Assembly: GCF_020745735.1 (NCBI RefSeq)
Contig: NC_083439.1
Coordinates: 7,888,596 to 7,952,595 of the forward strand
Source: Hemiscyllium ocellatum
Taxonomy: Eukaryota
Length of the DNA: 64,000 nucleotides
Reading direction: 5' to 3'
Below, one piece after another: positions 25,291 through 39,344 of the stretch. The notes under the pieces are model-generated. The model was not told the origin of the DNA. It ran no database searches and saw only the letters and a program-made list of their open reading frames with translations. How positions within the stretch are numbered: the first letter of the stretch is position 1; each line of letters begins with the position of its first letter. The translations under genes were made by a program, and so were the position numbers.

Positions 25291-26221
25291 TAAAGATGCT
25301 GCTGGCAGGTCAACAGTTGATTTCGAGATAGTTGGCTTCACAGGTTGGCTGAAAGGCTTACTTTCCTTTGGGCTGTGATTTCATTTGTTTTCTGACTTCT
25401 GGCAAAATGATAAGCTTCTTCCCTTTTTATTGCAGGGGTAACTCTGGGTTTGTCAGCTGTGGCCCTCAGAGCAGACACCTTCACCCACGAGCGCACACAG
25501 AACAGGTTTGAACCTTGCTTTTAATCCAATGTTCTTCGGTATTCTCAAAAGGGAAAACCACAAACATGTCTATAACCCGGACACTTTCACAATCTGAGAT
25601 AACTCCCACAGATTACAGTTCAGTTTGCAGTGCATTTCCCCCTTTGAAGTTTGTCTCTTTGAAGCTTCTTGACATCTGTCAGGTGTCACATTCCATGTTC
25701 GAGGTTGGGATGATCCATACAGGTCTTTCATGCAGTTACTGAATTACTTTGCTCATATTTTACACTCTGAGGCATTGTCTTTGGCTGTACGCCCTCATTT
25801 TAAAACATAGACGTTGCAATGAGGGGTTCAGTATGTACATAAGAGTCATCACAAAACCACAGAATTGTTACAGCACAGAGGGAGGCCAACATGGTTCAAT
25901 TTGATCTGAGAGAAAGGTAATCACAGGGCAGGGGGAAGCTGATTTGACTGGCACATTGGCACTAGGTAATAGATCCAGTGCAGGTACAACCTCCATATCC
26001 CATATCCCTGCTCACTGTTTCTATCCAAATAATCATTCAATGCCCTTCTTTGGTGCCACATTGAAACTCCCGCCACCACATTTCCAGGCAGCGCATTCCA
26101 GGCCATACCTTAACTACTCTCTGTGTGAAAAACTTCTTCTCATGTTACCCTTGCTTCTTTTGCCCATTAATTTAAAGTTAAGCCCTCTTGTTCATTTTTC
26201 TCTTATGAGTGGGAACAACTT

Positions 26222-26641
26222 CGGGCTCTAGCCCAAAACATCGATTTTCCTGCTCCTCGGATGCTGTCTGACCTGCTGTGCTTTTCCAGCAACACACACT
26301 CATCTCCAGAATCTGGTTTCCAGCATCTGCAGTCATTGTTTTTAACCTCGTTGATTTTAACCCTACTGTGAATCCTTTTGCAAGGATGCCTGCCTTGAAG
26401 AAGTTTTCCTCCTCTCTCTACAAGAATCTCAGGGAGTAGTCTATGTTACTTTCTCCCCACCCCCACCCTCCTCTAGCTTATCTCTCCATGCTTCAGGCTC
26501 ACTGCCTTTATTCCTGATGAAGGGCTTTTGCTCGAAACGTCGATTTTGCCGCACTTTGGATGCTGCCTGAACTGCTGTGCTCTTCCAGCACCACTGATCC
26601 AGAATCTGGTTTCCAACATTTGCAGTCATTGTTTTTACCTC
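26222..26641 (+). mobile_element. Direct-repeat (tandem pLTR) family A element carrying a hammerhead core
   Basis: Two same-orientation copies of gcc/tcgaaacgtcgatt...ggatgctg...tccagaatctggtttccagcatctgcagtcattgttttta, offset by about 299 nt. Confidence 0.7.
26514..26541 (+). ncRNA. Minimal type I hammerhead ribozyme core (PLE type)
   Basis: CTGATGA-A-GGGC-tttt-GCTC-GAAA-CGTC: conserved core, 4-bp stem II, palindromic ACGT stem III, GUC cleavage triplet. Confidence 0.7.
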
Positions 26642-28139
26642 TCTGATTGCCAGCATCTGTAGACCTCACTGTCTCCCTGGGAACAACTTCTGCCTATTTC
26701 TCTACACAGCCTGCTGGTGATTTTGAAAACCTCTATCAGATTTCCTCTCAGTGTTCTTCCCAAGAGGAACAGTCCCACCTTCTTCAATCTATCCTCATAT
26801 CGGAATTCTTCATTCTTGGAACCATTCTTGTAAGCCACTTCTGTCCAATACATTCACATCTTTCCAATAATGTGGCACACACAGCTGTACCCAGTACACC
26901 AGCTGAGGTTTAACAAGTCTTGTACGCGTTCAACATCACTTCCTTGCTATTGCACTCTATGCCTCTTTTAATAAAGCCAAGAACACTGTATGCTTTACTA
27001 ACTGCTAACTGCTTATATCTGATCACCCTCAATGACCTGTGTGCACACACACCCAGGTCCCTTTGCTCCTGCACCCCCTTTAGAATTATCCCCCTTGTTT
27101 CATGTTGCCTTTCAATGTTTTTCTGGCCATAGGGCATCACCTCACACTTTCTTTATTGAACTTCAACTGCCAGCTAACCACCCGTTCCACCAACCTGTCA
27201 ATATCCTTTCGGACTTTCATACGGTCCTTCTCACAATTAACAATCCTTTCAAATTTGGTATGTTCACATGACAAACTCTTAGTCAAGGATTTGAATCAAT
27301 CACTAAAATCACAGGGTCATTGCAGAAACCTGGCTACAAACATGCAAAAACTTGTGGAGTAGAGAATTTGCAAAATTAGGAGCACAGGAGGAGGCCATTC
27401 AGCCCATTAAGCACCCGCTGCTAGTTGGTGGGATCATGGCTGATCTGTGACCTAACTACGCATGAGATTACCAGCTCTCATTTTGCTTTAATATCAAAAA
27501 ACAACTACTGTATAATTTGACCTCAACAATTGTTCTGGGAGCAACTACTGAATGTATAAGAGAGTTGCAAATTCCTTACACCCCTTCTTTGTAAGAATGT
27601 TTCCAAACTTCACGCTGAAATGGTTTGGCTTTAAATTTTAAGCAAAGTCCCTAGATTCTGACTTCCCAAATAATGAAAATGATTCCTGTCTCCCCATCCC
27701 GATCTCCCTGTTTGTTCCCTATTAGATCAAACCACCGCTAATCTTTCAAATTTGATAGAGTCCAATGTTAGCAATCACTCCTCCTAGTTTTAAATCCAAT
27801 TAAATGTGACTTGTTTCTTCAAATAGAGAGGTGGAGATAAGCCAGAAAATTATAGATCAGGCAGACAGTCTTATGTTAGTTGCTGATAAAGTACATAACT
27901 GCTTCATATGGAAGAAAGTATGTCGTGTCATCGAGGTCCATAGGGAGGCTTAAAGAACATTGACCATTTCTCAGAAAAAGAAACAATTAAAGCTACTTCC
28001 AAACAACTCCATTTCAGTATGCTCATAATTTTCCAATGCACAAAGAGTGATAGTTATCTGGGGAAGAATTATGGTGAAACAAATAGTGATAGTATTACTT
28101 GGGTTTTGCTGGCATTATCCAACACTTAGTGGTGTAAAT

Positions 28140-29045
28140 GTATGTATGCGAACATAGGAGGTATAATTATTAAGTTTGCATTTGACACTAAAATTGGAAG
28201 TGTAGTGGAAGAGAGTTACCTCAGAGTACAACAGGATCTTGATCAGATGGGCCAATGGACTGATGAGTGGCAGATGGAGTTTAATTTAGAAAGATGTGAG
28301 ATGCTGCATTTTGGAAAGGGCAGGACTTATGCACTTAATGGTAAGGTTGCTGAACAGAGTCCTTGGAGTGCAGATTCAAAGTTTCTTTAAAGTGGAGTCA
28401 CAGCTAGATAGGATAGTGAAGACGGTGTTTCGTATGCTTTCCTTTAATGGTCAGAGTATTGAGTACACGAGTTGGGAGGTCATATTGCGGCTGGACATGA
28501 CATTGGTTAGGCCACTTTTGGAATATTGCATGCAATTCTGGTCTCCTTCCTAAAGGAAGGATGTTATGAAACTTGAAAGGGTTCAGAAAAGATTTACAAG
28601 GATGTTGCCAGGGTTGGAGGATTTGAGCTACAGGGAGAGTTTGAATAGACTGGGGCTGTCTTCCCTGGAGAGTCAGAGGCTGAGAGGTGACCTTGTAGAA
28701 GTTTATAAAATTATGAGGGGCATGGATAGGGTAAATAGACAAAGTTTCTCCCCCAGGGTGCGGGAGTCCAAAACTAGATAGCATAGTGAGAAAAGAAAGA
28801 CTTAAAAAGAAATCAAGGTGCAACTTTTCACATAGAGGGTGGTGCGTGTATGGAATGAGCTGCCAGAGGAATGGTAGACGCTGGTACAATTCCAACGTTT
28901 AAAAGGCATCTGATGGGTATATGAATAGGAAGTGTTGAATGCTGACAAATAGGACTAGATTAGCTTAGGATATCTGGTTGGTACGGACAAGTTGGACCAA
29001 AGATTCTGTTTCTGTGCTGTACATCTCCACAACTCTGTGACTCTA
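28140..29045 (+). mobile_element. CR1 LINE 3' fragment
   Basis: KFAFDTK, WQMEFN, LVRPLLEYCMQFWSP, LERVQKRFTRMLPG. Confidence 0.9.
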
Positions 29046-29049
29046 AGTG

Positions 29050-29790
29050 TCCTGTCAGCCAAAGCAACTGTTGATAAAGAGATCTAGCATGGCCTCCAGT
29101 GCGCTAGCACAGCCGTTGGCTTCCTGATGAAAAGAGTCTTCAAGAACAACAACATCAGAACAACAACATCAAGATCAAGGCATACAGAGATGTAGTGGTT
29201 CCTGCCCTCCTGTATGGCTCTGAGGTGTGGACTGTCTACAGCAGGGACCTCAAGGTGCTGCCATAGTCCCATCAATGCTGTCTGCGAATCCAATGGGAAG
29301 AAAGACACAGCAATACCAGCGTCCTTTGCAAAACCAACATCACCAGCATTGACGCACTGACACCCCTTGATCGACTATGATGGGTTGGGCATGTTGTCCC
29401 CATAACCAACACAAGACTCCCCAAGCAGGTGCGCTCCTCCCAGCTCCGAAACAGCAGGCAAGCCCCATGTGGACAGAGGAAGTGCTTTGGGGATACCCTC
29501 AAGGCCTCACTGGGGAAGTGTGGCATTCCCACCGACACCTGCCAAACAGTGGCCCGAGACCATCAAAACTGGAGGAGGAGCATCCAGGAAGGTGTCAATC
29601 ACTTGTCGTTGGGAATAAATGGAAGCCAGATGCAAACACCAAAAGGAATGTGCTGCCACTTCAATACCCCATGCACACCTTCCCATGACCACCACCTGCC
29701 CCAAGTGTAACAGAGTCTGTGGTAGTCACATCAGACTGTACAGTGAAAGAGAGCAGTTTCGTCTGTGGAGGGACTGCTAGTAACTGATGA
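29050..29790 (+). mobile_element. RTE-clade LINE 3' fragment
   Basis: Degenerate YRxVVVPALLYGSExWT motif, followed by RWVGHV- and DTLKASLGKCGI-like segments and a terminal C2-type finger remnant. Confidence 0.75.
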
Positions 29791-30221
29791 GTGTTACTCT
29801 ACCACAGAGACAGGACATACTTTGAAAAGGGAAAAGTGAATATGGGTATATTTAAATAAGAGATAGAGAGTGTAAAAATCATACTATCCTTCTCCAATCT
29901 CACTCCCCTCCACCTATCTGGAAACTGCAATGGCCAAATACTAACCTTCCCTTTCCATTCATAGCCAGAGAATCATCTGATATGACTTATTTTTCTGTTG
30001 CTGCATCATTAAGTCTTGTATACTCCTGAGATCAATCTTTGCCCCTGCCCCTGCCCTACTCCTATTTTCTTATCTCAGTAACACCTTTTGGTGACAACAT
30101 CTGAAATCACAAAATGCTCAGAAAAGGAGGGATTCTGAAAGCAGGAACCTACAAGCAAGTCCGCCTAACATCTGACAGAGGGCAAATTTGGGAAGGGATT
30201 ATTAAAGAAGCCAAAGCAGGA

Positions 30222-30690
30222 TGGAATGATTACAATGAGGTCAGCCAGGTGGACCTCAAAGAACATGCCCTGACTGGGGCTGTTAACCTGTTCCAATCAG
30301 GGAGCCCTGGCTGACAGATAAGTAATGCCAGGGGTAACTGGACTGTCTTGGATGTATTTATTACTGCTACTTTTGTGATGACTGAAGGTGGGATTTGAGG
30401 TTTGTCCTCATTTCCTTGGAACTGGTTGAATGGTGGGGTTTGGGGTTTGACTTTACCACTTGTAAGCTGCTATTTCTCTGTATACAGCTGTTAATGTTAA
30501 TTGTTTGTAAACTGTGTACTGTTTAATAAAATTTTAAAAAGCAGAGAGGAAAAAAACAAAAAAGGAATGGCAGGGGTTCTGTTCACTCCCGGAGTTGGCT
30601 CGGATGGAAGTGGATCAGTGTCAAGGACTCTCCATGTGTAAACACAGGGTGACTTGGTGATGGGATACCAGCCTCTGGAGAGTTATTTCA
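30222..30690 (+). mobile_element. Solo-LTR-like element (same family as 7612-7839) with an A-tailed insert at about 30325-30560
   Basis: Shared ggtcagccag...ctgactggggctgttaacctg...tgacttggtga...gcctctg...agttatttca. Confidence 0.55.
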
Positions 30691-32654
30691 TGGGGCACTT
30701 GGATTAGAGTCATGGAGTTGTATGGCATGAAAACAGAGCTTTCAGTCCAACTTGTCCATGCTGACCAGATATCCTAGCCTGAACAAATCCCATTTGCCAG
30801 CATTTGGCCCATATCCCTCTAAACCCCTTCCTATTCATGTATCCATCCAGATGCCTTTTAAATGTAGGCAGCATGGCGGCTCAGAGGCTAGAACTGCTGC
30901 TTCACGGTGCCAGAGACCCAGTTCAATTCCAGCCTCCAGTGACTGTCTGGCAAATGGAACTTTATTGCAAGAAGATTGGAGACGAAAAATAGAAAAATCT
31001 TGCTACAATCACCTCGGATGCTGGTGAGACTGCACCTCAAGTACTGTGTACAGTTTTATCCTCATGTTTAGCAAAGATTTATTGACATGAGAGGCAGCTG
31101 AAGAAAGATTAACAAGGCCGATTCCTAGGAGCAAAGGGCTTGATTTATTAAGAATGGCTAAACAGCCTTTCGTCAGGGTTTCGAAGAATAAGGGATGGCC
31201 TTATTGATACATGCAAGATTCTGAAGGGGCTTGACAGAGTAGGTGCTTCCATTAGTGGGTGAATATTGAACTTGGGACGTGATTATGGGGCCACATTCAT
31301 TTCAAGCTCAGATGCAAAGGAATTTCTTCTCCCAGACGCTAATGAGAGTCTGAAATTCTCTACCCCCAGGGAGGTGCGGATGCTAAATCTCTGAAAGTAC
31401 TTAAAGAGAAGGGTCTATGCAATTTTGAAGTATCAGGCAACAGAGGGCTATGAGGAGCTGGCATGAAATACAAGTTGAAACCTGGGGCAAATCACCAATA
31501 AACGTGTTGAAAGGCATGGCAGGCTGGGAGGGCTGAATCACCTCCTCCGGTTTCAATGTTTTTTGTTCAAAATAGATCCGCCATTCTGTTTATCCTCCAC
31601 CCTGAACGATGGCAATGTCATAATTGATACCGTCAGGTTAAAAACTAATGCTTATATTTATTGATTGGTGAGACAAATTAGTAAAAAGCACAAAGAATAA
31701 ATAATTCAAGATATAAATAAACAGATAAATTAAAGACTGAATCAGCCCACAGGACTTAAATATCCTCTTTTAGAAGGAATTGCTCTCAGTTTGATCTTGT
31801 GAATACTTTTATGTAACGGTCATGGAAAGACTCCTTGGTAAGAGATTTAAGTACAGCTGGCACTGAATCGATCCAATGCATCACAATTCAAGTGAAGTAA
31901 GGAATTTCAAGAGAAGTCCTCAATTTCTGGGTCTCCAAAGTCAGATTCAATTGTGCGACAAAATAAAATTAGAGAATTATTGCATGGCATAGTCATGAGC
32001 AATCAAATACGTAGTGGCTCTCACACAATCAATCAATACCATCAAAAAATTACACATTGAAATTTTCCAAGGAGAAAATCCTCCTTAGCTGCTTGGATAT
32101 CAGCTCAAACAATCTGGCCTATTTCTGGGATTGCATGCTCCAGTTTGAAGTTCAGTAAATAAATACACATCTTCCATTTTGATACATTTAAAAAATAATA
32201 CATCATAAAGGATGGACCCATTTTGTATTTTGACACAGGACAAGAACTCCACTTTTGTCTCAGCTGTTTATTGTTTTTGGGACATGGATTAGCTGGGTGT
32301 AACAGGCCCTGAGAGGTCTCAGCCCATTGCGGAGATTAGCAACTTTCAGCATCTGGTCCTGGGAATTCAATTAGAATTGCGGATGAACAGAATTTAACGT
32401 TCTGATCGTTTATCTGATTGCCATGGGGCACACTTGGTATTAAATCGCAGGTTTGACATTCTCAAGCAGTTCACATTTTTAGGGGGAAAAAAGCAGCACA
32501 AAGTGCAAAAACAAATCCTAGTAACAGAGTAAAGATGTGAATACATAAGATTAGTTTCCAAACAAGCCCAACAATACAGTGAGTGAACACATCAGGTAAA
32601 TCTTTATTGGGTGTAATTGTGGTAGAGTCAGCTCTCCTGATATTTTTCCTTCAT

Positions 32655-32975
32655 ACATTCATTCATAGGATGAAGGTGTTGCTGGCTAGGTCAGCATTTA
32701 CTGTTCATTCTCAAGCATACAAAGGGCAGCAAAGAGTCACTGTTCTGGGTCTGGAGTCATATGGAGGCCAGACCAGCTCAGGATGGTGGACTTCCCTCCC
32801 AAAACCAGATGACACATTGAGTGGGTGACATGATGGTCATTAGACCAGCTTCATTCTAAACTATTGAATTCAAATTCTACCATCTGCCACAGTAGGACTT
32901 GAACCCATGCTCCCAGATTATTAGCCTGGAATTGTGGATTGTATGTGACAATGCCACTAAACTGCTACCTCCTCA
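32655..32975 (-). mobile_element. Meta-SINE-like tRNA SINE, degraded
   Basis: gggtctggagtcatatg core, ttgaattcaaattctaccatctgcc, B box ggacttgaacc. Confidence 0.6.
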
Positions 32976-33748
32976 AATTTACTTTCATCAATATTACTAC
33001 CTCCATTTTCAGACTATTACACACAGTCAAGGTCTGGCTGTCTGCTCTCCTTTCCACTGACTGCTTTAAACTATAATAGAGTAAACATGCTGTTGTATTG
33101 GTAACATCAGCAGGCAGAGACAATGATGGTTGAACAGGTCAGGGACTCTGTCACTAAATATCACCAACAGCAACTTCTGGCGTGAATGCATTAATTTCAC
33201 AAGAGACCCTCAGTCACAGGATTACACAGCACCAAAAATGACCATTTGACCCTTCCAGCTTGTGCTGGCTCTTTGGAAGAGGTATCCAAGAGTCTGACTG
33301 CCTCACTCATGCTCGATGATATCCAGCCTGGAATTGGTCCTATCTCACTTACCATTAGCAGAAATGCAGCAGGGGCTGGGTCTACTCTCTTCTGAGTTGA
33401 GAAAGACTGCATTGGAAATTCGAGTGAGCCTGATAAGGGTGGGGGTGAGAGGACGGAGAGGAGTGACCCAGTGGCTTTCCCAGAGCACTTGGGCTAAACT
33501 GGAGTTATACAGCACTCAGTGCAAACTAGAAAGCAGCACAAAGCTGCCTCCTGGTGGGGATAGGAGTGCCTTGCATCACTTGGCACAAACTATACTGCCA
33601 CTATTTGCATCAATGCCTACCTGAAACCGCTGTGAATTGAAGTGTGGAGAGCACAACGGCACCCTAGAGAAACACTCAACTATCAGTTACTTGGGGGGAG
33701 TTGGAAAGTTGACTAAAGCATCTTCAGAAGCATGACCCAGAAAAGAAG

Positions 33749-34019
33749 CTACGGTGTTTTCTTGATGTGCAGTGTATAATACGCCCAGGGCTCCGGAACG
33801 TACATGACTCCAGGGTACTTTTTTCGGAGAATTTTATCATTCCACAGGAAGGCAACCCAAGCAGAGATCAGGACCAGGGCAATGCAGAAAGAGTAAAACA
33901 AGAATAGGCCATTACTGTCCATCACCAGTCCTTTACGTTTCTTGTGCATGACCGTTGCCATCATAGCAAAGGTGGTAAAGATATAGAGGACGAAGATCTG
34001 ACCCTCAGTCACCAGATAC
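33749..34019 (-). CDS. CLN6: CLN6 transmembrane ER protein, exon 7 (last)
   Basis: tctctag| then (W)[21 protein letters not shown]...[32 protein letters not shown], 271 nt, with the CLN6 C-terminal motif [21 protein letters not shown]. Confidence 0.96.
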
Positions 34020-34339
34020 CTAGAGAAAAAGGGTAAAGGCTAAACTATAACCTTCACTTAAAACCAGTTCCTCTGAGAATCTTACAAAGAACTTTAAATC
34101 AATTCCACCCTCCATCACTTAAACCTTCCCATCCTGAAGGTAGTAGATTGTGGTGTGGCTTAAATTCAATTGTGACATTAGGACAAATGGAAAAAAAAAC
34201 AGTAGAAGATACATTTAGGATTGATACCATGAATTCTTCTTCCTATATAGGTGGTGGGATTGCAGTGAAGGGAGGAGACTATTGTGACTCAGGAGTGATA
34301 GCAGTAGACTGACTTAAGCTGGTTCTACATCTGTCCAGG

Positions 34340-35960
34340 TGACATTTTGAGAGAGTTGGAATACAAGTGCAGAGATATCCTGCTGAGGCTGGTCAGACCA
34401 CATTTGGTACACCATGCAGAGTTTCGGGCCCCATATCGAAGGAATGATATGCTGGCATTGGAGAGGTCCCAGAGGAGGTTCAAAAGAATGATCCCAGGGA
34501 TGAAGGGCTTGTCATTTCAGGAGCGGTTGAGAACTCTGGGTCTGTACACAGTAGAGTTTAGAAGGATGAGGGCGAATGCCCCTGAAACTTGCAGAATAAT
34601 GAGGGGCCTGGATAGAGTGGACGTGAAGGAGATGTTGCCACTAGGTTGTTTTTCAGACTGGAGGCCTGTGACCAGTGGAGTGCCAAAAGGATCAGTGCTG
34701 GGTCCACTACTTTTCATCGTTTACATAAACGATTTTGATGTGAGCATAAGAGTATAGTTAGTAAAGTTGCAGATGACACCAAAATTGGATCTGTACTGGA
34801 CAGCGAAGAAGGTTACCTCAGATTACAACAGGATTGTGATCAGATGGGCCAAAGGGTTGAGGAGTGGCAAATGGCATTTAATTTAGATAAATACGAGGTG
34901 CTGCATTTTGGGAAAGCAAATCTTAGCAGGACTTATACACTTAATGGTAAGGTCCTAGGGAGTGTTGCTGAACAAAGACCTTGGAGTGCAGGTTCATGCT
35001 CCTTGAAAGTGGAGTCGCAGGTAGATAGGATAGTGAAGGAGGCAATTGGTATGCTTTCCTTTATTAGTCAGAGCATTGAGTACAGGAGTTGGGAGGTCAT
35101 GTTGCGGCTGTGCAGGACATTGGTTAGGTTACTGTTGGAATATTGCGTGCAATTCTGGTCTCCTTCCTATCGGAAAGATGTTGTGAAATTTGAAAGGGTC
35201 TAGAAAAGATTTACAAGGATGTTGCCAGTATTGGAGGATTTGAAGTATAAGGAGAGGTCGAATAGACTGGGGCTGTTTTCCCTAGAGCGCGGAGGCTGAG
35301 GGGGTGACATTATAGAGGTTTATAAAATGATGAGGGGCATGGATAGGATAAATAGACAAAGACATTTCCCTGGGGTGGGGGAGTCCAGAAATAGAGGACA
35401 TAGGTTCAGGGTGAGAAGGGAAATATATAAAAGAGACCTAAGGGGCAAATTTTTCATGCAGAGGATGGTACGTGTATGGAATGAGCTGCCAGAGGAAGTA
35501 GTGGAGGCTGGTACAATTGCAACATTTAAAAGGCATTTGGATGAGTATATGAATAGGAAGGGTTTGGAGGGATATGGACCGGGTGCTGGTAGGTGGGACT
35601 CGATTGGGGTTGGCATATCTGGTTGGCATGGATGAGTTGGACTGAAGGGTCTGTTTTTGTGCTGTACATCTCTATGGCCCAAGGGCATTGCCTTGCAGTT
35701 AGGGATGACCCTTTAGAACTGGGATGAGGAGCAATTTCTACAGCCAGAGGGTGGGGAATTTACAGAACTCATTGCAGCAGAAGTCTGTGGAGGCCCGGGC
35801 ACTGAGTGTATTTAAGACAGAAATAGATTGGTCCTTGGTTAGTGAGGAGATAAGGGAGAATGCAGGAGAATGGGGTTTAGAAATATACCAACCATGATTG
35901 AATGGGGAAGCAGACTCGATGGGCTGAATGGCCTAATTCTGCTCCTCTATCTTATGGTCT
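34340..35960 (+). mobile_element. Older CR1 fragment containing a younger CR1 (about 34641-35675)
   Basis: SGVPKGSVLGPLLFIVYIND, ADDTK, WQMAFN, FFMQRMVRVWNELP. The outer element resumes after 35675. Confidence 0.9.
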
Positions 35961-36804
35961 TTGGGAATAAATTTCAGCCCTACAAAACGAGTGAAGAAAA
36001 GCTCTTGGAATCATTTAAGGGTCAACTGGATGCAGGGACTGGGAGACTGAAAACCCCTCAGGGGAACCAAGATGGACTTAATAGATCTTCTGCAGTCATC
36101 TTGTGACACTGTCATTATTCAGTCAATTGACTATGCTGTTGGTCTGAATAGTAAGACTGCAAACCTCAGTTTGACTAAGGGGTTATCACACCTTGCCCAT
36201 CCTGAAGCAATGTCCTACAGTTACAGTGTAATCAGGGGATCACTAGGTATATTTTTCCTCCACACCTTTATTGCTGGGACATGGTCACCAATGGAAAAGT
36301 TGACCTTCATCACCCATTCCCAGATGCCCTGAGAAGGTGGTGTGACCCACCGTTTGGTTGGCACAAGGTTAGAAAGCTGATACAAGCCAATGGCTTGCCA
36401 AGCCATTTCCACGAACAATGAAAGCTATGGGAGTAAAGTCATGTATAGGCCAGACTGGGTAGAGCTGATAGATTTGCCTTTAAGTTGAACTGGTTGTGAA
36501 CAGTTGACACCATTATGGTTTTTTTCTTAAACTGAGGCTACTTTCTTTCTAGAAATAGTTATTTTGTCAAAACAAACTGAACTTGAACTGCAAACGTGAG
36601 TTTATGAACTGTCATTCTCTAGACTATGGCTGGAAATTTGAGTGACTTAAGCAGCACCATAACCACCTCATTACTGTACAGGCATCTCTAGAACTGATCA
36701 TGGTGGTATTTAGGACTACAGTAAATCTGGAATTAAAGTAGTGCTTTTCTAGACAGATGGGTTTCTCCGGTTTCACAGCTAATTAGGTACTTTCATGGTA
36801 TAGT

Positions 36805-37110
36805 CACTGTTCTAATGTTGGAAACACAGCAGCCAACATGCACACAGCAAGATCCCAAAGGGGATAATCATCAAATAATGTTTTGAATGAAGTGTAAATA
36901 TTGTATGATATTCCCTTCTTTGAAACTATGGCGTGGGATATTTTGCATCCACCTGAGCAGGTAGACGAAGCCCTTGGTTTAATGTCACCCCAGACAGTGC
37001 AGCACTTTCTCAGGTATGCACTGATGAAGCACTCTTGTTTTTTGTGCTCAAGTCCCAGAGTGGGACTTGCCCCCAGAATATGCCGTTCCCTGAAACTAAA
37101 AGACTGAAAG
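36805..37110 (-). mobile_element. Deu-SINE (SacSINE1-like)
   Basis: gcagccaacatgcacacagcaagatccca...ccacctgagcagg...gacagtgcagcact...gtgggacttg. Confidence 0.65.
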
Positions 37111-37155
37111 ACCAAGTTGTGGTCATTCTTTGTTAAACACTTGCTGGTCTCTTAC

Positions 37156-37278
37156 CAGTAGTACAGGCTACTTGGTCCAAGTAGCAGCCATGCTGACAGG
37201 GGCATTCTGCTGTCTCTGCTACAGCGAGTGAAGCAGCCAGTGAAATACAAGCTGAAAATGATGAAGAAGGGAACATAC
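37156..37278 (-). CDS. CLN6: CLN6 exon 6
   Basis: ctcag| ... |gtaaga, 123 nt: (W)YVPFFIIFSLYFTGCFTRCSRDSRMPLSAWLLLGPSSLYY(W). Confidence 0.94.
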
Positions 37279-37456
37279 CTGAGGCACAAAAATCAACACA
37301 ACACAAGAATTAGTCAACCCAGCTTATCCTCATACCCCTGGAACCAAGTAACAGCTTGAACTGCAGTCTCACAAATACGCGCAATAATTAATCAGACATC
37401 ATGGATTGAGAAGTAGTAAAAGGTTCTTTGCAACACCAGACTGCTTTTCTTTTTCG

Positions 37457-37773
37457 ATAGAATCCCTAAAAACAGGCCCTTTGGCCCAACAAATCCACAC
37501 TAACCCTCCGAACAGTAACCCACCCAGACCTGTTCCCATACCCTATATTCACCCCTGACTAATGCACCTAACACTATGGGCAATTTAGCATGGCCAATTT
37601 ACCTAACCTGCGTGTCTTTGGACTGTGGGAGGAAAGTGGAGCACCCGGAGGAAACCCACACAGACGCAGGGAGAGCATGCAAACTCCATACAGACAGTCA
37701 CCCAAGGCTGGAATCGAACCCAGGTCTCTGGTGACATGAGGCAGCAGTGCTAACCACTAAGGCACTGTGCTGC
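37457..37773 (-). mobile_element. HE1/V-SINE
   Basis: V-domain tgtgggaggaaa...gcaaactcca and head ggcagcagtgctaaccac. Confidence 0.85.
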
Positions 37774-39344
37774 TTTATGAAGGAGTTAGAAATCACCTGG
37801 CAGGGACAATGTTTTCACACAAGTTGGTAGTCATGGCAGGATCTTTAAACATGGGGATACTGCATATTTTTGCTGCTCTAATCCAATTTTCATTTAGTAT
37901 GCACAAAAAACACTGTCAATCATGCGCTCTCAAATGAGAATTTATTTGTATAACAATGCACACAAACTGTGTACATGTGTATATATATTTTTAAAATACA
38001 TATATACACACACACAATTTGATTAATTGTTGCCACATGCACCCAAGTACAGTGAAAAGTTTTGTTTTGTGTGCAGTACATGCAGATCATAGCAAACAAA
38101 GATCATGGGGTGATTGAACAGAGTGAGACATATAAAGTTACGTTACAAAGATGGTGCTCAAAAAGCAAGATCAACATCTCTCTCTCACACAGACACAGAC
38201 ACAGACACACACAACTTTCCTACAATTAAGGATAAATACTGGACGATTTTATTTTCTCCTCTTTGAGATCAATGGGATCAACTCATTTAACACAGACTAG
38301 AGTCAAAGGTGGGTCCTTCCCTGAACACCTAATAGGAATGCTGCAGTTTCCCAGACACCCCCTCATGAGCATCTGAACTCCAGCAGTGACTAATAACAAA
38401 ATAACCATGTTGCAGCATACAGAGGAGCAAAGGGGGTTATTAAAGCTAAGTTACAGGTAAAACAAGAAAAGTGTTTGCCCTTTACTTTCAGAGAAGAGCT
38501 TCACTCAATTATTTTTTTTTAAGGAAAGAAAAGGACTCTGTGCTTCCAAGAAAAACACTTAAATTACTGACTCCACTTCAAATAAAACAATGAAATCCAG
38601 GTAAATAACAGATTACACACCTACAAGAGAAACAGTAACTTTGTCAATGACCCAGCCCATCTGTGTTTCATTGACACCATAGCCAGGGCACTGCCTATCA
38701 GTTGTGCCTGAACTTTGTATTCAAGCAGAAAAAAGGTAATATGTTGCATGCAATCATATTTCTCTAGGTTGATATATGTTCATCTCAGTGCGCACCACAA
38801 TTTTATCCATATTACAAGATGTGCCGTTTTGCTGTTGTGAAACTAGATCTCAGAGGAAGAAAGGAATAATGATGGGGGGGGGGGGGAGAGGGTGGGAGAC
38901 AGTCCGAGAGCAAGAATGAGCTTAGTGGAGGGTGAAGAAGGCTGAGTGCCAGCTCATAAGCTTAAATGAAATGCTTCACTTGATAGTTAATCCCAAGTTT
39001 CATACAATGTCATCAAAAGTTAATGAATCTGTATAGATTTGCTCTATTCAACTTCCTGCAGCGATACTGCATTGAAATGAGATCAGGTATTTTAACAATA
39101 TCTCGCTTCCAATGAAACAGTTAGAACTAGTGTTACAGCACTTCAGAGACTGCACTGCGGAGAATGTAGAATTGGAGGATAAACTCAATATGGAGCACAC
39201 AGTCTCTTGCTCAACTGGCATGGATTGTTATTACCCCTCAGTTTTACCCACCCCCAGCTTTTCTCTGGTTACGAGCAGCTGACTAGTGGAGTCCTGAAGG
39301 AGTTGATTCAAAGATGAACCAAATGACCCAGTTACCATCCTTCG

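Larger units (their letters stand above)
25850..27270 (-). mobile_element. Old CR1 LINE fragment, interrupted at about 26222-26678
   Basis: WNALPGNVVA, LKKVGLFLLGRTLRGNLIEVFKI, QEQRDLGVCAHRSL motifs. Confidence 0.75.
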
